DNA of 49,789 bases from Atractiella rhizophila (Eukaryota): contig MU271386.1 of the NCBI GenBank assembly GCA_021432655.1, positions 1 to 49,789 of the forward strand, read 5' to 3'. Numbering within the stretch: the stretch's first letter is position 1; each line of letters begins with the position of its first letter. Shown piece by piece: positions 25,100 through 37,911 of this stretch. Below the pieces are notes generated by a model. That model was not told the DNA's origin. It saw only the letters and a list, made by a program, of their open reading frames with translations, and ran no database searches. The position numbers and the translations under genes are program-made.

Positions 25100-26225
25100 A
25101 ATTGTCAACAATCTCCAACGACCAACGGTTAGACCATCTCATTTCATCTCACTTCCTCTGCACTCGAACCATCTAACTACCCATTACACCGCTCTCACCC
25201 AGCGCTGGCTCAACTCCCCCTCAACGAGCCAAGCGAAAGGTTTCGATCCTACCCTGCTGGCAGAGGCACAACGACTACATCACACGATCGGCGTGTTCGC
25301 ACTTACAAAGGAGAGAGAAGAGGGAAAGCAATATCTTGGAGACGCTTTAAATGCATTAAAAGAGTTGGATGGCGGTGCTTTGAATGAATTTGTTGGGACG
25401 AAAGTGAAGCTAGGAAAGTTGGACACTTTCAGGAGGAAGGAATGTCATGTTCTGTTTGTGGAGCCTGAAAGCGAGGATGGCAGGCTGGCGAAACTCGCTG
25501 GTGAGCGTTCTATACCTTTGAGGGAGCAGCGAAGGGAAACCCGGTTCGCACGCCTAGTGCCACCTCGTCTCATTTCTGAGGGCGTTGTGGGATGTACCTG
25601 AAAGTCTTGTCGTCCATTTTTTTTGCTAACTATACGTCTATTCTCGTTCGAAACTGTATAAAACTCTATCAACGGCGCGTCGAAATTAAACAAACAGACT
25701 TGAGATTTACCTTCTATTGCTCCTGAATTGTTTCCTTTCAGCAGAAGAATTTCTGCCCGAATCTTTGTTTCAGAGAGCCTACGCCATCATTTTCTTTCCC
25801 GCGGTTTCCAGTTTGCAGACGGTGATCGCCTGTTAACTGTTCGTTTTCCTATCATCACCAATTTCGTCGTCAATGTTTGTTTCAGTTGCATTTGACTGTT
25901 ATGAACACATCGTACCGCCGGTCACCTCGTCCAGAAGGGAAGCCAGCGCCAAATCGAAACAAGAAGCGTCTGCCGTTCGATCCTATTCCTTTCCTCCACC
26001 CTACCCCTTCAGATGCAACTGTGACTACCAACCTGTCGGACGGAGTCAAAGCAGAGGGAATGATCGTGGTGGATGGTAATGTCGGTTGGACCTGGTGTGG
26101 ATAGTGAACTTGGGGAACACGTCATTGAGAGCATACTGATCTGTGCGATGGGAAGTAGAGATGAGCAAGGGCGATACATTGCCCTCGAGACAGTGAGCCT
26201 GAAGGAAATGAATGAACATGTATAA
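25100..26225 (+). pseudogene. AKAP7/ASCC1-like 2H phosphoesterase domain gene, apparently degenerate
   Basis: RPSHFISLPL, RLHHTIGV (first HxT), KRLPFD, and C-terminal LGEHVIESILICAMGSRDEQGRY in different frames; no clear ATG or second HxT. Confidence 0.55.
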
Positions 26226-26872
26226 TGCATATGGCATATGTCATCGCTAATTCATCATCACTCTACACGTTGTCGCCATTTTGATAGTAATTTACTGTAA
26301 ACTAATCATCCTTGTCTGTGATACCCTCGTTCTCGTTATTCTCGTTATTCTTTTGTCGTCTCACACAACTCGTTCGCCGTACTTGCGAGATTACGGGGAA
26401 GACCTGTTATTCAAGGTTTCATTTTTACCTACTTCGATCCACCACCCTCTCAGTTTGCTAGGTTGTTCTATGGACACGTTCTGAGTAAAGATCTGGACAA
26501 TGTTGTAAGTCGGATCCCACAACGTTTGCCTGTCTTTCCCAGTACAGTGCGAACTGACGCAGCTTGTCAGCTTGTTGTCTATCACCACAACTTTGCAGGA
26601 AATGCAATTTTTTTCGTTTCAATCGCTCCCTACCGAGCTTCAGAGCGAAATTATCGATGAGCTTGCAGTGCTAGAACCTGATCGCCGAACACTTATTTCC
26701 ACCAGTCGAGTCAATCGCAGGCTCAGGAAGCTTTGTGCCCACGCCGTTTCAGAAGTATTTATCTACCTAATGCCAGTTATCACTCAACACACAATCATAG
26801 ATGGCGGGTTGATTTCTCAACACCTCTACATGACCTTCCTCAGTCATACTTACCCTACATCCGGATTGTTCA

Positions 26873-27161
26873 TGTGAGAGAGAGACATACCACATGACTC
26901 CATCTTACTTCATCATCTTACTTCCCTTCGCTCATTTCTCTAGCTTCATTCATGTTCCTTCCCTTCGCTCGTTCCTTTCGCTTCGTTTCACTCTCCCTCT
27001 TTTGTTATCCACTCGTCGGCACGTGTACATAGGGTTAGGGCCACCACCAACCTGATTCCCCAGCGTTTCCACCATCTCATTTCGCTGGGGATCAGGTATG
27101 TAGCTTCATTTCATGCCATAGAGCGTTTCCACCATCTCATTTCGCTGGGGATCAGCTCACA
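26873..27161 (+). repeat. 5' LTR (289 bp)
   Basis: Differs from 33282-33573 by 4 substitutions and one 3-bp indel by manual comparison. Confidence 0.95.
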
Positions 27162-27175
27162 TGGTAGCAAGAGCC
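27162..27175 (+). promoter_or_regulatory. Primer-binding site (initiator-Met tRNA type)
   Basis: TGGTAGCAAGAGCC immediately after the LTR-terminal CA. Confidence 0.8.
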
Positions 27176-27273
27176 ATATAGTAGCTATAAAATACCTACG
27201 CGTGTCTAGTTTTGGGTTTAACGCCGCCCATCACGAATTTTTGTAACAACAAATCTGACCTTGTCAACATCAT

Positions 27274-30200
27274 ATGTCTCGATACCTCACACCTTCTGAC
27301 GATAGAGACCCACCGCCACATATCCCTTCTCGACCTCTATCTCCAACGCCATCGCATACTACCGAACCTTTAATTAAAGCCTCCCCTCCGATTTCTTTCC
27401 GTAGCGCCGACATGGAGCTATCTTCTACCTCCCCGGGGTTAATCATCGATGGAGTACCATCTATCATACACGTGGGATTCAAGAGCTGGTGGGAGGCGAT
27501 GAAGTTGGGCTTGCAAGTGAGAATGGTTTACCGTTATGCTCTGGATGTCACTTCTGAAGGGGAGTTCCGTCGGTCGAAACCGGTTCGTAATGATTTTCAA
27601 CATCAGTCGCAATGGGAGGATGCTATGGAGAAATGGGAAGCTGGAAATGCGAGAGCGGTGGCCATACTCCTCGCCAATCTCGATGTGATGGCGGTCAATC
27701 AACTTGATGAACAGGACCGCCGAGTCGCCAGTGCGATTGTTGCGAAGATGCGTACTCTTTTCAGCACCACGCAAGCAGTCATGGGTCACACTATTTTTGC
27801 GCGATTAGTCAGTTTTCATCAAGGAGGATCTGGATCTGGATCAATGGCGCAATTCATAACCGACTGGAATGAGATTTACGCTGAATTGATCTCTGCTGAT
27901 GCGTCTTATGCACTTTCCGATGCGGTCAAGTTCCTCATTTTTGTCAATCTCCTTGAACCGGAATGGAGAAAATTTGCTTTGAACCCGAAGAATGTAACCC
28001 GAAACGATATCACCGACCTAATTCGAAAAATTGAAGGCAGAAGACATGACGAACACCGTCATCGAAAATGGGGACACAGGGATGAACCCGCGTTATCAAC
28101 GGGAGACGAGTGTTTACGCCGTATCAACTTCACACTCCCGATCCGTACCCCTGCCTCCATCGTCCCAGCCTCCGATGGGATCCTACACTCCTATGCCTCG
28201 ATGGTCTCCTTCTCCCTCACGAACGTCCCAAACGACTGATTCCTCGCCGCGATATCGTTCAAACCCCCCTTACCGTACAGCCTTGTCGAATTCCCCTGCA
28301 CCTCGTGCCACCACGCCTCTTTTTCAATCTTCTACCCCTAAGACCACTCAACGTCAATATCAGCATTGGTCAGTCCGCCCCCCTACACTGCAACAGCTCG
28401 GGAAGGGGTACCGTTTTACACGACAAGTTTATAGCAGGCCTGGCACAAGAGTTTTTGGCAGACGGGCATGGGACTATGACGGGCTGGAACTATGGCCAGG
28501 TTCAATAGCGCCTTCGGGACATTTCGTTGTACACCCAAACCAATGCGTCTACTGTCTTGGGATGGGGCATATATCTTCCGGTTGCCACGTCCCTACTGGT
28601 CAACGGGATACTGCCCGCGATGCTGCTTTCGCATCCATGGGTATCACTCTTCGTCCAAGTCCTCCAGGACGACCAAATTATGTCCATCCATCTGTACTCA
28701 TTGCCAGCCCTGTTTTCTCGACGAGCGATGAGCTAAACGACACCGGTATCCCACGCAGCGGAAACGATGTATTTAGCCCTGGCCCAGACGGTCGATTCGA
28801 CGGAAATTTGGATGGCAAGTTGATTTATTCTGGTGACTTAGCATACTGGCCTTCCTACGTTCAAGCGGCTTACGAACAACGTCGTTGGCCTGTACCTCAA
28901 CCTGCGCACGACCCTGAGCTCAAGATCCACCCACTTTTCATCCCTCAATACACATACAACAACCCACTTCCTCCCTCCGAATCACATTTTCATACCCACG
29001 TTCAATATGCTCCTGACGGTGACATGGCCTTTGAAGATGCGCTACAGGAGATCTCAGACTCAGAGTACCTGGCTTGCATGGAAGAATACGAAGTGACCTC
29101 GAAGAAGCCCCCTCCCTCGCCAAACCAATCTTCCCTCCTTGTTTCACCTCATGCTTTTATTTCCTCGATCCAAAATGAAAAATTTTCTTTTTCTGTTCCT
29201 AACGATGCTCCAAATGCTTTGTCCTTTTCTTCTTGGATTCAAAATTGTTTACCATTTGCTTTATCTCGTTATCTTAACTTCGACTTACCTCCACCTTTGT
29301 TTCGTCTTTTGGAATCCCCTGCTTCTATCGCCGAACGGTTCTTACCCGTCGACTACGTGGCGAACGTTGCTGCTCTCCACTCCTCCACATTTTCCGACCT
29401 CAATTCGAAAACTCGCTCGTTCCCTTTTCAAGCTACGATGCCGCTATACCTCCTACAACTTTCCGCTTCCTTGCGCGTGAACACCCAGATATCCCTTCCA
29501 TATCTGTGGATTGCTACGTCGACTCGGCTGCGACAGTTCACATGTCAGGCTCCACCGAACTGTTCGATGACCTCCAACCGATATTACCTCCTGTCTTCGT
29601 TGGTGGCGCGTTTGGGAGTGGCGGATTTGCGACCCATATGGGCAGAGTTCGACCACTCCTCGAGGATCAAAGCGGGCTCTCAATTTCCCAAGCGAATCTT
29701 GGCACTGGTCTCTACGTCCCTGGACTCGGTGTCACCCTGGTATCTCATTTCGACCTCATGCGCCGTGGGGTCCGATTTACCAACAACCGCGAACACCTCT
29801 TCTTTCGTCGTGAAGATGGTAGACACTTTGGTATGGCAAAGTTCGGCCAGTCGCAGATAGAACTTCAGGCGAGATCCCCCTCCCTACCTATCCAAATGGC
29901 AAACATAGCTCACTCAAGCCCGTCTGCTCTTGCAGTTACGAATTCCAAAACATGGCATTCACGTTTAGGTCACATTGGTGCCAAACGATGGTGGGAGCTA
30001 TGTAGCTATGTACGGGAGGTTGGGTTACAGGATTCGATTGCAATCAAACTGCGTTTGAATCCTGCACTATCTGCGCGGCTGGGAAATCAAAAGCACGTCC
30101 GAATCGAAGGACCACAACAACATCTTCGTCCACGAAAGGTGAACGGATTGATTGTGACTTGTGGGGTCCCGCGCCAGTATCTGCATTGCAGAGTGGCTAC

Positions 30201-33025
30201 CGTTATGGACTCGGAATCGTAGAAGAGTCCACTGCCATGATATGGTGGATTCCCCTACGACTCAAGTCAGATGCCGCCATGGCCTTGAGAATGTGGATCA
30301 CAGAGACGGAACGTCATCACGGTATTAAGGTGAAGATCCTGCGAAGCGATAACGGCGGGGAGTTCAAGTCAGTCATTTTCAAATCTTTTATACAAAAATC
30401 AGGTATCACTCACGAGACTTCAATTCCATACGTTCACAACCAAATGGGATTTATGGAGCGACGTTGGTATACAATGTTCGATGTAGCTCGCACAATTCTC
30501 TTGGAGTCAGGTTTGCCTTTATCTTTCTGGGAAAAAGCAGTTCAGTTTGCCGTTCACACTTTAAATCATCTACCCACTTTTTCGCACGGGTCTTGGAAGT
30601 GTCCTTTGAAATTATGGACAGGCACAGCGCCTGATGTTTCTTCTCTTCGTACTTTTGGCTGCTTAGCTATTATTCACATTCCAAAGGAGAGGCAGATATC
30701 GAAACTCCATCCGAGAGGGGCACGAGGATACTTCGTAGGATATCTGCCTGGGGCAAAGGGTTGGCTCTTTTGGGTACCGTCGCAAAGGCGATTTGTGGAA
30801 GCGAAGGATGTCAGATGGTTCGAAGATCAGTTTTATCGGGATCGGAGTGCGGAGGATACGGAACGCCTAAGTGACTGGACTCTCGACGAATTCATGCCCT
30901 CTGAGTTTCATAGCTTGGCTGACGATGTTCCCGTTAACATTCCAGGTCCCGATGAAGTAGTGCCGCCCACCACATCAGATAACCCTTCCGTACAACGCCC
31001 CCCTCCTGAACCCCCACGACGTCCTCAGCTCCCCCAGATATTTACATTCGGAGGGAGTTAGATGATGTTGAGGGGGGGGTTGCCGAGTCCTACCGCGAGC
31101 GAAGAAGCTGTGCAGGCACAAATGGTCCGTGCTAGACAGGTACGCAAGCGTATACCACAACACTCACCTGCCCCATATCCAACCCCAAGCCAACGTCCAC
31201 GACGTGATATATCGCGAATCGATTATACTGCCCAGCTGAAGGGTAGGCCATCAAACCAAGAAGGGAGGACCCATAAACATTCCAATTACTTTCTTGATGC
31301 ACACTTCCGATCCACTGACCAAGGTTTTATTCCCTCGCTAGCAAGCAGGAAGATGGCGTCATCCGTACGCTCATCTTTACAATCATCGATCTCAGGTGAA
31401 GGCGAGGACGTAAGACGCTGGCAGGTATTTGCGGCTAATGTGAAATGGACAGGTAGTCTAGACGAACCGTCTTTTAAACAAGCACTCTCTGGACCTGACG
31501 CCGAAAAATGGTGGGAGGCGATCTTGGCGGAGATAGTGGCGTTAAGAAGTATGGGAACATGGGATGAGAAGCCTATTCCACTGCCCTCTGGCAAGAAAGC
31601 AGTGGGTTGCAAATGGGTATTGCTGATAAAAAGGGATCTAGATGGAAGCATCATCAAGTACAAGGCACGACTAGTTGCTCGGGGTGACACACAGACTGAG
31701 GGAGTAGATTTCGAAGACACCTTCGCTCCTACCGTGCGTATAGTGTCTATTCGCGCTATTCTTTCTCTCGCGGCGTCCAGACGCATGAAGCTAGGGCAAT
31801 TTGACGTCAGCAATGCGTTCTTGAATGGAATACTGGGTGAGGAAGTATATCTTCGTCAGCCTCAAGGTTTTGTCGACCCGCAACGGCCTGCTCATGTTTA
31901 CAGGTTGCGAAAGACCTTATATGGCCTACGGCAGGCAGGCAAGGGATGGAACGATACCGCCCACGCGTTCTTTATCGACCAGGGATTTACAAGTTTGGAT
32001 GCAGACCATGGGTTATATTTTAAAAATGATGGAGAGGGACTGACTATTGTAGCTATCCATGTTGATGACGGTCTTATCGCGGCATCCACTCACACACTCA
32101 TCGAGAAGCTGTATACTGCGCTTCGCTCGCGATTCAAAATAACGACATCGCCAGTTGGGAATTTCCTGGGCATGAACATAACATGGGATGAAGAGAGAAG
32201 TATTATTACCTTGGACCAGGAAGCTTATGTGCGCAGATGCATTGAAAAGTATGGGTTGCAGGATATGAAACCGACTAAGACGCCATGCGACATTGACGAT
32301 CGGGTGACAGAGTCTTGGGCTGCCCAGACTGATGGTGAGAGGGAGTATATGAAAAGGATTCCTTACAGGGAAGCTGTGGGAGCACTGATCTATGCCGCAG
32401 TAAACACCCGACCAGACATTGCATTTGCTGTGAACAGGGCAGCATGATACAACGCCAATCCTGGACGTCGCCACTGGACAATGGTTCAAAGAATATTCAG
32501 ATACCTTTTAGGTACACTGGATTTCAAACTCATTTGGGACGCAACGGGTAGCACAACCCTTGAAGGTTTTCTGACTCTGACCATGCTGCTGACTTGGACA
32601 CTAGACGCTCGATATCTGGTGTTGTGTTTCGCTTGGGACGCTCAGCAATATCATGGATATCCAAGATGCAACCGACAGTCGCGATATCCTCAACTGAGGC
32701 CGAGTACATCGCACTCTCGACGGTGGAAAGGGAGGCGATGTGGCTACGGGCACTGTTATCACAGCTTGGTTTTCCTCAACAGAATGCGACACTAATCAGG
32801 GGAGACAACCAGGGATCCCTACTTCTGGCAAAACATCCTTCTAACCATGGTAGGACGAAGCATGTCGATGTACACTACCACTTTACAAGAGAAAAGGTAA
32901 CGTCTGGGGAGATCGTACTCGAGTGGATCCCTACGCAAGATATGGTAGCGGATGTGATGACGAAGGGCCTGGGATATTTACAGCACTCTAAATTGTGTTC
33001 CGCTATGGGGCTGTTATCAAGTTAG
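27274..33025 (+). pseudogene. Copia gag-pol polyprotein, broken by several frameshifts and stops
   Basis: Gag; CCHC knuckle CVYCLGMGHISSGC; protease YVDSAATVHM; WHSRLGH; integrase WGPAP..LRSDNGGEF; RT YKARLVARG, QFDVSNAFL, YGLRQA, IHVDD; RNase H STEAEY, DNQG, TKHVDVHYHF, ADVMTK. Confidence 0.95.
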
Positions 33026-33268
33026 ATGAGTGATTGCAGTGTTCAACTTTGATTTCCAATCCATTCTTGGATCCATGGGATTCTGCTTCTTCCAGTTTCT
33101 AGGCTATTAAACATTTCATTCCAACTTTTACTCATTTCTATTACTCATCTCAAGTAAGCTAGGACAATCCTGATATCACGTTTGCATGTTTGACCACATA
33201 AATTTATTCTCATCCTTTTACATTCCTTTTTTTTCCACTGCTGCTCATTTTGTATGCCTTCGTGCCTT

Positions 33269-33281
33269 GAGTGAGGGGGGG
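33269..33281 (+). promoter_or_regulatory. Polypurine tract
   Basis: GAGTGAGGGGGGG directly before the 3' LTR. Confidence 0.85.
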
Positions 33282-33573
33282 TGAGAGAGAGAGACATACC
33301 ACATGACTCCATCTTACTTCATCGTCTTACTTCCCTTCGCTCATTTCTCTAGCTTCGTTCATGTTCCTTCCCTTCGCTCGTTCCTTTCGCTTCGTTTCAC
33401 TCTCCCTCTTTTGTTATCCACCACTCGTCGGCACGTGTACATAGGGTTAGGGCCACCACCAACCTGATTCCCCAGCGTTTCCACCATCTCATTTCGCTGG
33501 GGATCAGGTATGTAGCTTCATTTCATGCCATAGAGCATTTCCACCATCTCATTTCGCTGGGGATCAGCTCACA
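33282..33573 (+). repeat. 3' LTR (292 bp)
   Basis: TG..CA, followed by TSD GTTCA. Confidence 0.95.
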
Positions 33574-35220
33574 GTTCACATCAATCTGGAGGAGGACATC
33601 TGTTTCGACGAGGCTTCAAAATATTCTATTTGGAACGATTCTCTATCGACCCCTGAATGCCGGACTGTTTTAATTCAATTCGTGAATCTAGTACGGTGCT
33701 TTCGAGATGTAACCACCTACTGCCGTTCTCTCAAGGAGGTGTTCATTCATCTCAAGTTTAAGGAAGGGATTGATTCATATTGGACAGCTTCTACCAACTA
33801 CTGCGGGCTGCAAAGCGTGGATTGAGTTCCCTTGTGGACCAAACCAAGTTTTGCGTCAATAGAATCCTACTTGGCCTTCGTGTCCACTTCGATGAATCAG
33901 ATTTTGTTTGGATAGAGTCACATATGAGAATCGAAGATGCACTCATTTGCATGTCCCAGCCAGACAGGATTGCCTGCATCGAATTTCATTCAGGCTTCAT
34001 ACCAGACTTTGTTTTACAATCGCTCTTATCATTGCCAGCGGTTGAGTAACTTTCGTTAGGTACTTGCAGTTTCCAGGACCTCATGTCGCCGTCGCAAACC
34101 ACTTCGACATCTAACTATTGATGCTCGAGCGTCCGACCGGTGTTGCAGCGATTATCTGGGGGAGTGGGAGTGCGCTTTCGATCTCGTCAGGACTTTTGCT
34201 GCCACCTTGGAGACTGTACACATACGCCACTACCTTGGACTTCGCGCAGGACTACACCTCGCCGAGTCACCTTTCCAATATCCCAATCTAAGACAGTTCC
34301 ACACATGCTTCATCCAACCTGAGCGTCCTCGACAAGATGAATGGTCTCCGACTCTTAGGAATACATACTTGATCAGTTGAAGCTCGTAGTAGGCGAGCTT
34401 TATCAAAGCTCTTGGGAGGTTTTTGGGTTTTCGGAAAGTTATTTGCCTGATGCACCGCCTTGGGCAGAGGTTGGCATTCTACCTATCGGTTCTGAGGAGA
34501 ATGTGCGGGATTTCCAATCGCCAGTTGCCTCGAACCGTTCTGAAATTACTCTGGCTTTTGTTGCTTACTTCATGGCGAAGAGAGGAAGGAAGGTAACCTC
34601 ATGAATCTCAAAAGAGTGGATTTTGGACAGTCTACTTTCGATTGCTTGACCAGAATAACGCACGCAAGGAGTCATGGCGAATTGGCAAAACTAGGAATTG
34701 TGACTAGGAGGAGGTGTCGTGAGGAATAGCTTGTCCAGACTTAAATATTATTACAATAACCGTGTATCAAATTTCAGGCTCATAGTAGGTACAGGACAAT
34801 GGACATTCTATTGAAAACTGATTTGTGATCACTGAGAAAAGAATGAAAGAAGTAGTATAAGGACAAGAATGATAGTGAGGGAGATCCGTGTTTCGCGCAA
34901 CTACTAGTACAGTAGAGACTGAAAATGGGAGAATATCCACGGCCACGGAACAAAACTAATTGTACAGAAGTAGGCACTGATTGGAAATGACAGCGATGAG
35001 CAGAGAAGTCAGGCAAAAGTGCCAAGTTGGCGCGCATCGAGACGAAGAGGGTACGAAACATAACAACTGATCAACGGGTTTGCACATCAACATGGATCAC
35101 TATCTGGCATACATCCTGCACCCGGGGATCATTAACATCAATCTTGTATAGGCACAAATGATAAAGAACGCACGGAAACATTGCTACAGCCCAAGATATA
35201 GTGTCAACATCGTCTGCAAT

Positions 35221-35766
35221 TTAAAAGTTGTTCCAAGAGTAACGTCTAGGAGGAGGGAAGTGTGGATAAAAGTTGTAGCCAGAAGGGTAAGCAAAAGGAT
35301 CACGAGGAGGGGGGTTGGATGGAAAGATCGGATTTATGAAGCTGTTGCCGCCAGTGAAATCCTCATTGTAGGTGGCCCTTGGGTATTGAAAGTTGTCCAA
35401 TGGGGAAGGACCCAAGTCTAGCATGATTATCCTTTCCTCCTCCTCTCGGCGAGCCCTCTCTGCCTCCCGGGAACGTCTCTCTCGCTCTTCTTGCATTTCC
35501 CTCCTCCTCTGCCGCTCCTCTTCCCGTCTCCTCCGCGCCTCTTGTCGTCTCATCGGCTCCTCCAGTTCCCTCCTCCTTCTCTCCTCCTCATCTCGTTGCT
35601 CAATTCGCTGACGCTCTTCCGCTTCCCACCTCAACATTTCCTGTTGTCGAGCAGCTCGAGCGAGCCGAATCTCTCTCGCTGCCTCTGCGGCTCGGAAATG
35701 TGGACATGGCGGCACATCTACGCCCCGTTGCGAACAATCATTACATATCTTCCTGTGAGCCTCCAT
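35221..35766 (-). CDS. Small protein (181 aa): N-terminal C-x2-C-x9-C-x-H motif, E/R-rich charged helix, P/F/Y/N-rich tail (cassette 2, allele A)
   Basis: Intronless ORF MEAHRKICNDCSQRGVDVPPCPHF...; frame is preserved in the diverged second copy. Confidence 0.8.
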   Translation of the reverse strand: MEAHRKICNDCSQRGVDVPPCPHFRAAEAAREIRLARAARQQEMLRWEAEERQRIEQRDEEERRRRELEEPMRRQEARRRREEERQRRREMQEERERRSREAERARREEEERIIMLDLGPSPLDNFQYPRATYNEDFTGGNSFINPIFPSNPPPRDPFAYPSGYNFYPHFPPPRRYSWNNF

Positions 35767-36021
35767 GTCTGATTGGTCAATGGAGAATTGTGAAGATAGA
35801 GAGGCGAGGAGGGGAGGATAAATGTCATTTTATATCTGCTGGTTGGCAGCATCCCTTTACAAAAGGGTGACTTTGTTAGATCGTTTGCGAGAAGGCCATA
35901 TCTGGTTCGCAAACGCAAAACAGCAAAGGTAAAGTATCATCTGCGTCATCAGCACATGGACGCAGTCTAAGTGCGTTTCCACTGGACCATCCTAGAAGTG
36001 GAAGAGAGTGTAATCAACAGA

Positions 36022-36430
36022 AATGACTTGTTCTCGACATCACGAGAGGCGGGAAAGAAAAGGCGCGAAGCCACTTTCAACCAAATCAATGTCTCAAGTC
36101 GCTCAATCTAATCAGTAACCTTGCCAAGTCTTTCACTATTGCAAACAGATGGACGTCACGAGCGGCGGGAAAGAAAAGGGCCGGAGTCTCGCTCCAGCAA
36201 ACGAACGTACGTCAATGTCTGAAGTCTTTCAATTGAAATGACCTTGGAAGAAGTCATTGTTATTTCAAATAGAATGAACGAGAATGACGTGGTCAATTGC
36301 AAGAAAAATTAATTTATTGAAGTGAAATGACTTGCACTCTCAAGTCGGAAGCGATAGCGGGAGAAAAAGAGTTTTAGCAGAGCGACACATGGCATAATGG
36401 ACTGCTCAATTGCTCATAAGACTTGGAGGC
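36022..36430. promoter_or_regulatory. Conserved non-coding element upstream of small gene 2 (also in copy B from ~41264)
   Basis: Homologous to 23144-23490; GGCGGGAAAGAAAAGG at 36048 and 36164; AATGACTTG at 36022 and 36326. Confidence 0.65.
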
Positions 36431-37307
36431 GATGAAAGGTGGTGCTTTGTGTGTCGGAACTTCAACTGCCCTGAAAGAGTACAAAGAGTCGTGACAAGGA
36501 ATTTCGAGAACAAATGCTAACCAGACCAAGCTGTGGAGATAACAAATGTAACACAGAAGATGCCAAATTGCGTTTGCATATACAATTAGGACAAATTTCC
36601 TTTCAGTTTCAAGAGTGTTCGAGTATTCTCTCCTCGTGACAATTGGAAGTGTAGAACAGCGTATTAAATTGTTTCCGAAAGGGAAATAGAAAATATGACG
36701 CTTTCCTCATTCATGGCATAAAGCGATGGGATGCACAACGAACAATTTTGATAGTCGAGGAAGATGTCAATGAATATAAATGAACAGCTAACGAATTCTG
36801 CCATTCATCCTTCCTGCAATCCGTAAACCCTTTATCCACCTTTCTATGTCTCATGGTTTTCCCTAGTCATATCTAATCCCATGTCAAAGGTTAATAGAGC
36901 TGGTTTGGGCATCTTCCAGTTCAAGGGTCTCTTTGTGGGATTCGGCGAAAAGGGAGATTGTTGGGTGAGATTCAATAGTTGCGTCGGATAAATTGATGCT
37001 GGGAATGAAAGGCATCGGCAATCAGTTACAACAATGGTCGACCACACAAAGGCAGACACAAGGGAAGAGATTGTGAGTGACGAAAGGAGTCACCCTCACA
37101 CTACCCCGCTAGTTCGATATCAACTGGACAAACACTCCGCGAACTTTCTGCCTCCTGAGTCGTTTCCCTATTTTACGAGCTCATAGCACTCTTCCAGCTA
37201 TAGACTTAGGAGATATAGGCACCCCATAACATATATACCGCATTTCAGGCCAAAAATCACGAACGACACGAACCGCGGGACGATCCATTGTGAAAGGGGG
37301 ATGAACG

Positions 37308-37886
37308 ATGCCAGCGCGTCCTTCTTCCGCTCTCGGACACTCTCCTTCCCTCTCACAGTCCGCAATCAATGGTATTTCGGCGGTAGAGAAGGACGGGAAA
37401 GATGTGCAACTCAAGGATTATCAGATTGGAGAGGTGGTGGGAAAAGGAGGTATGTATTTCTTTGTCCTAGAAGCAAAACGTGCTTTGGGATGGTGCGCCG
37501 CTTACTATGATTGCTCGAAAGGCATGCATATGCTCAAAGCACATTTGTGCTTCTGCACAATGCATGAGCACCTGGCAGCATAACGGACTCATGCTGTTAC
37601 TGCGAACTACATGTGCCACGGTAGATTTCTATAAAGAAGGACAGTTGGGACTCTACCATGTCTGCACATGCGAGAAACAATGCAAAAAGAGCGACTCGTT
37701 GCAATGCAATTATGTTTGTACAAGTAGCTCTAGGGGTGCGCGTTGCTAGTTGTTCCTATAAGGTCATCAGATGCTCCATTCCGATTTGTCCAGCTTGCAC
37801 ACAGCGCGCTTCCCTTTGCAGAAATCCACAGAGGATGAGGTGCATTCCGTACAACTCGCACGAAAGACATCATTCCATGTTATGCT
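37308..37886 (+). other. Redundant copy of kinase exon 1 and most of intron 1, truncated by the gap
   Basis: Same [17 protein letters not shown] exon as 42510; ends at N run. Confidence 0.9.
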
Positions 37887-37911
37887 NNNNNNNNNNNNNN
37901 NNNNNNNNNNN
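37887..37911. other. Assembly gap (25 N)
   Basis: N run. Confidence 1.

Larger units (their letters stand above)
26873..33573 (+). mobile_element. Full-length Ty1/copia LTR retrotransposon with 5-bp TSD GTTCA (26868-26872, 33574-33578)
   Basis: TG..CA LTRs, PBS, PPT, domain order gag-PR-IN-RT-RH. Confidence 0.97.
26602..34729 (+). pseudogene. F-box-like paralog (cassette 2) split by copia insertion; frameshifts and nonsense codons in 3' part
   Basis: MQFFSFQSLPTELQSEIIDELA.. before the LTR; VHINLEEDICFDEA.., RILLGLRVH.., PAVE*(TAA 34047), NLKRVDFGQSTF.. after it, colinear with 20687-22147; same 5'UTR intron position (26505-26598). Confidence 0.85.

Noticed and set aside
27062..27155. Two 34-bp repeats with a 26-bp spacer resembling a mini CRISPR array (also ~33474-33567)
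   Set aside because: Lies inside both LTRs with the same spacer; eukaryotic context; no cas genes
37308..37583. Second, truncated cdc15 paralog / 91-aa ORF
   Set aside because: It is exon 1 reading into the intron within the redundant haplotype copy
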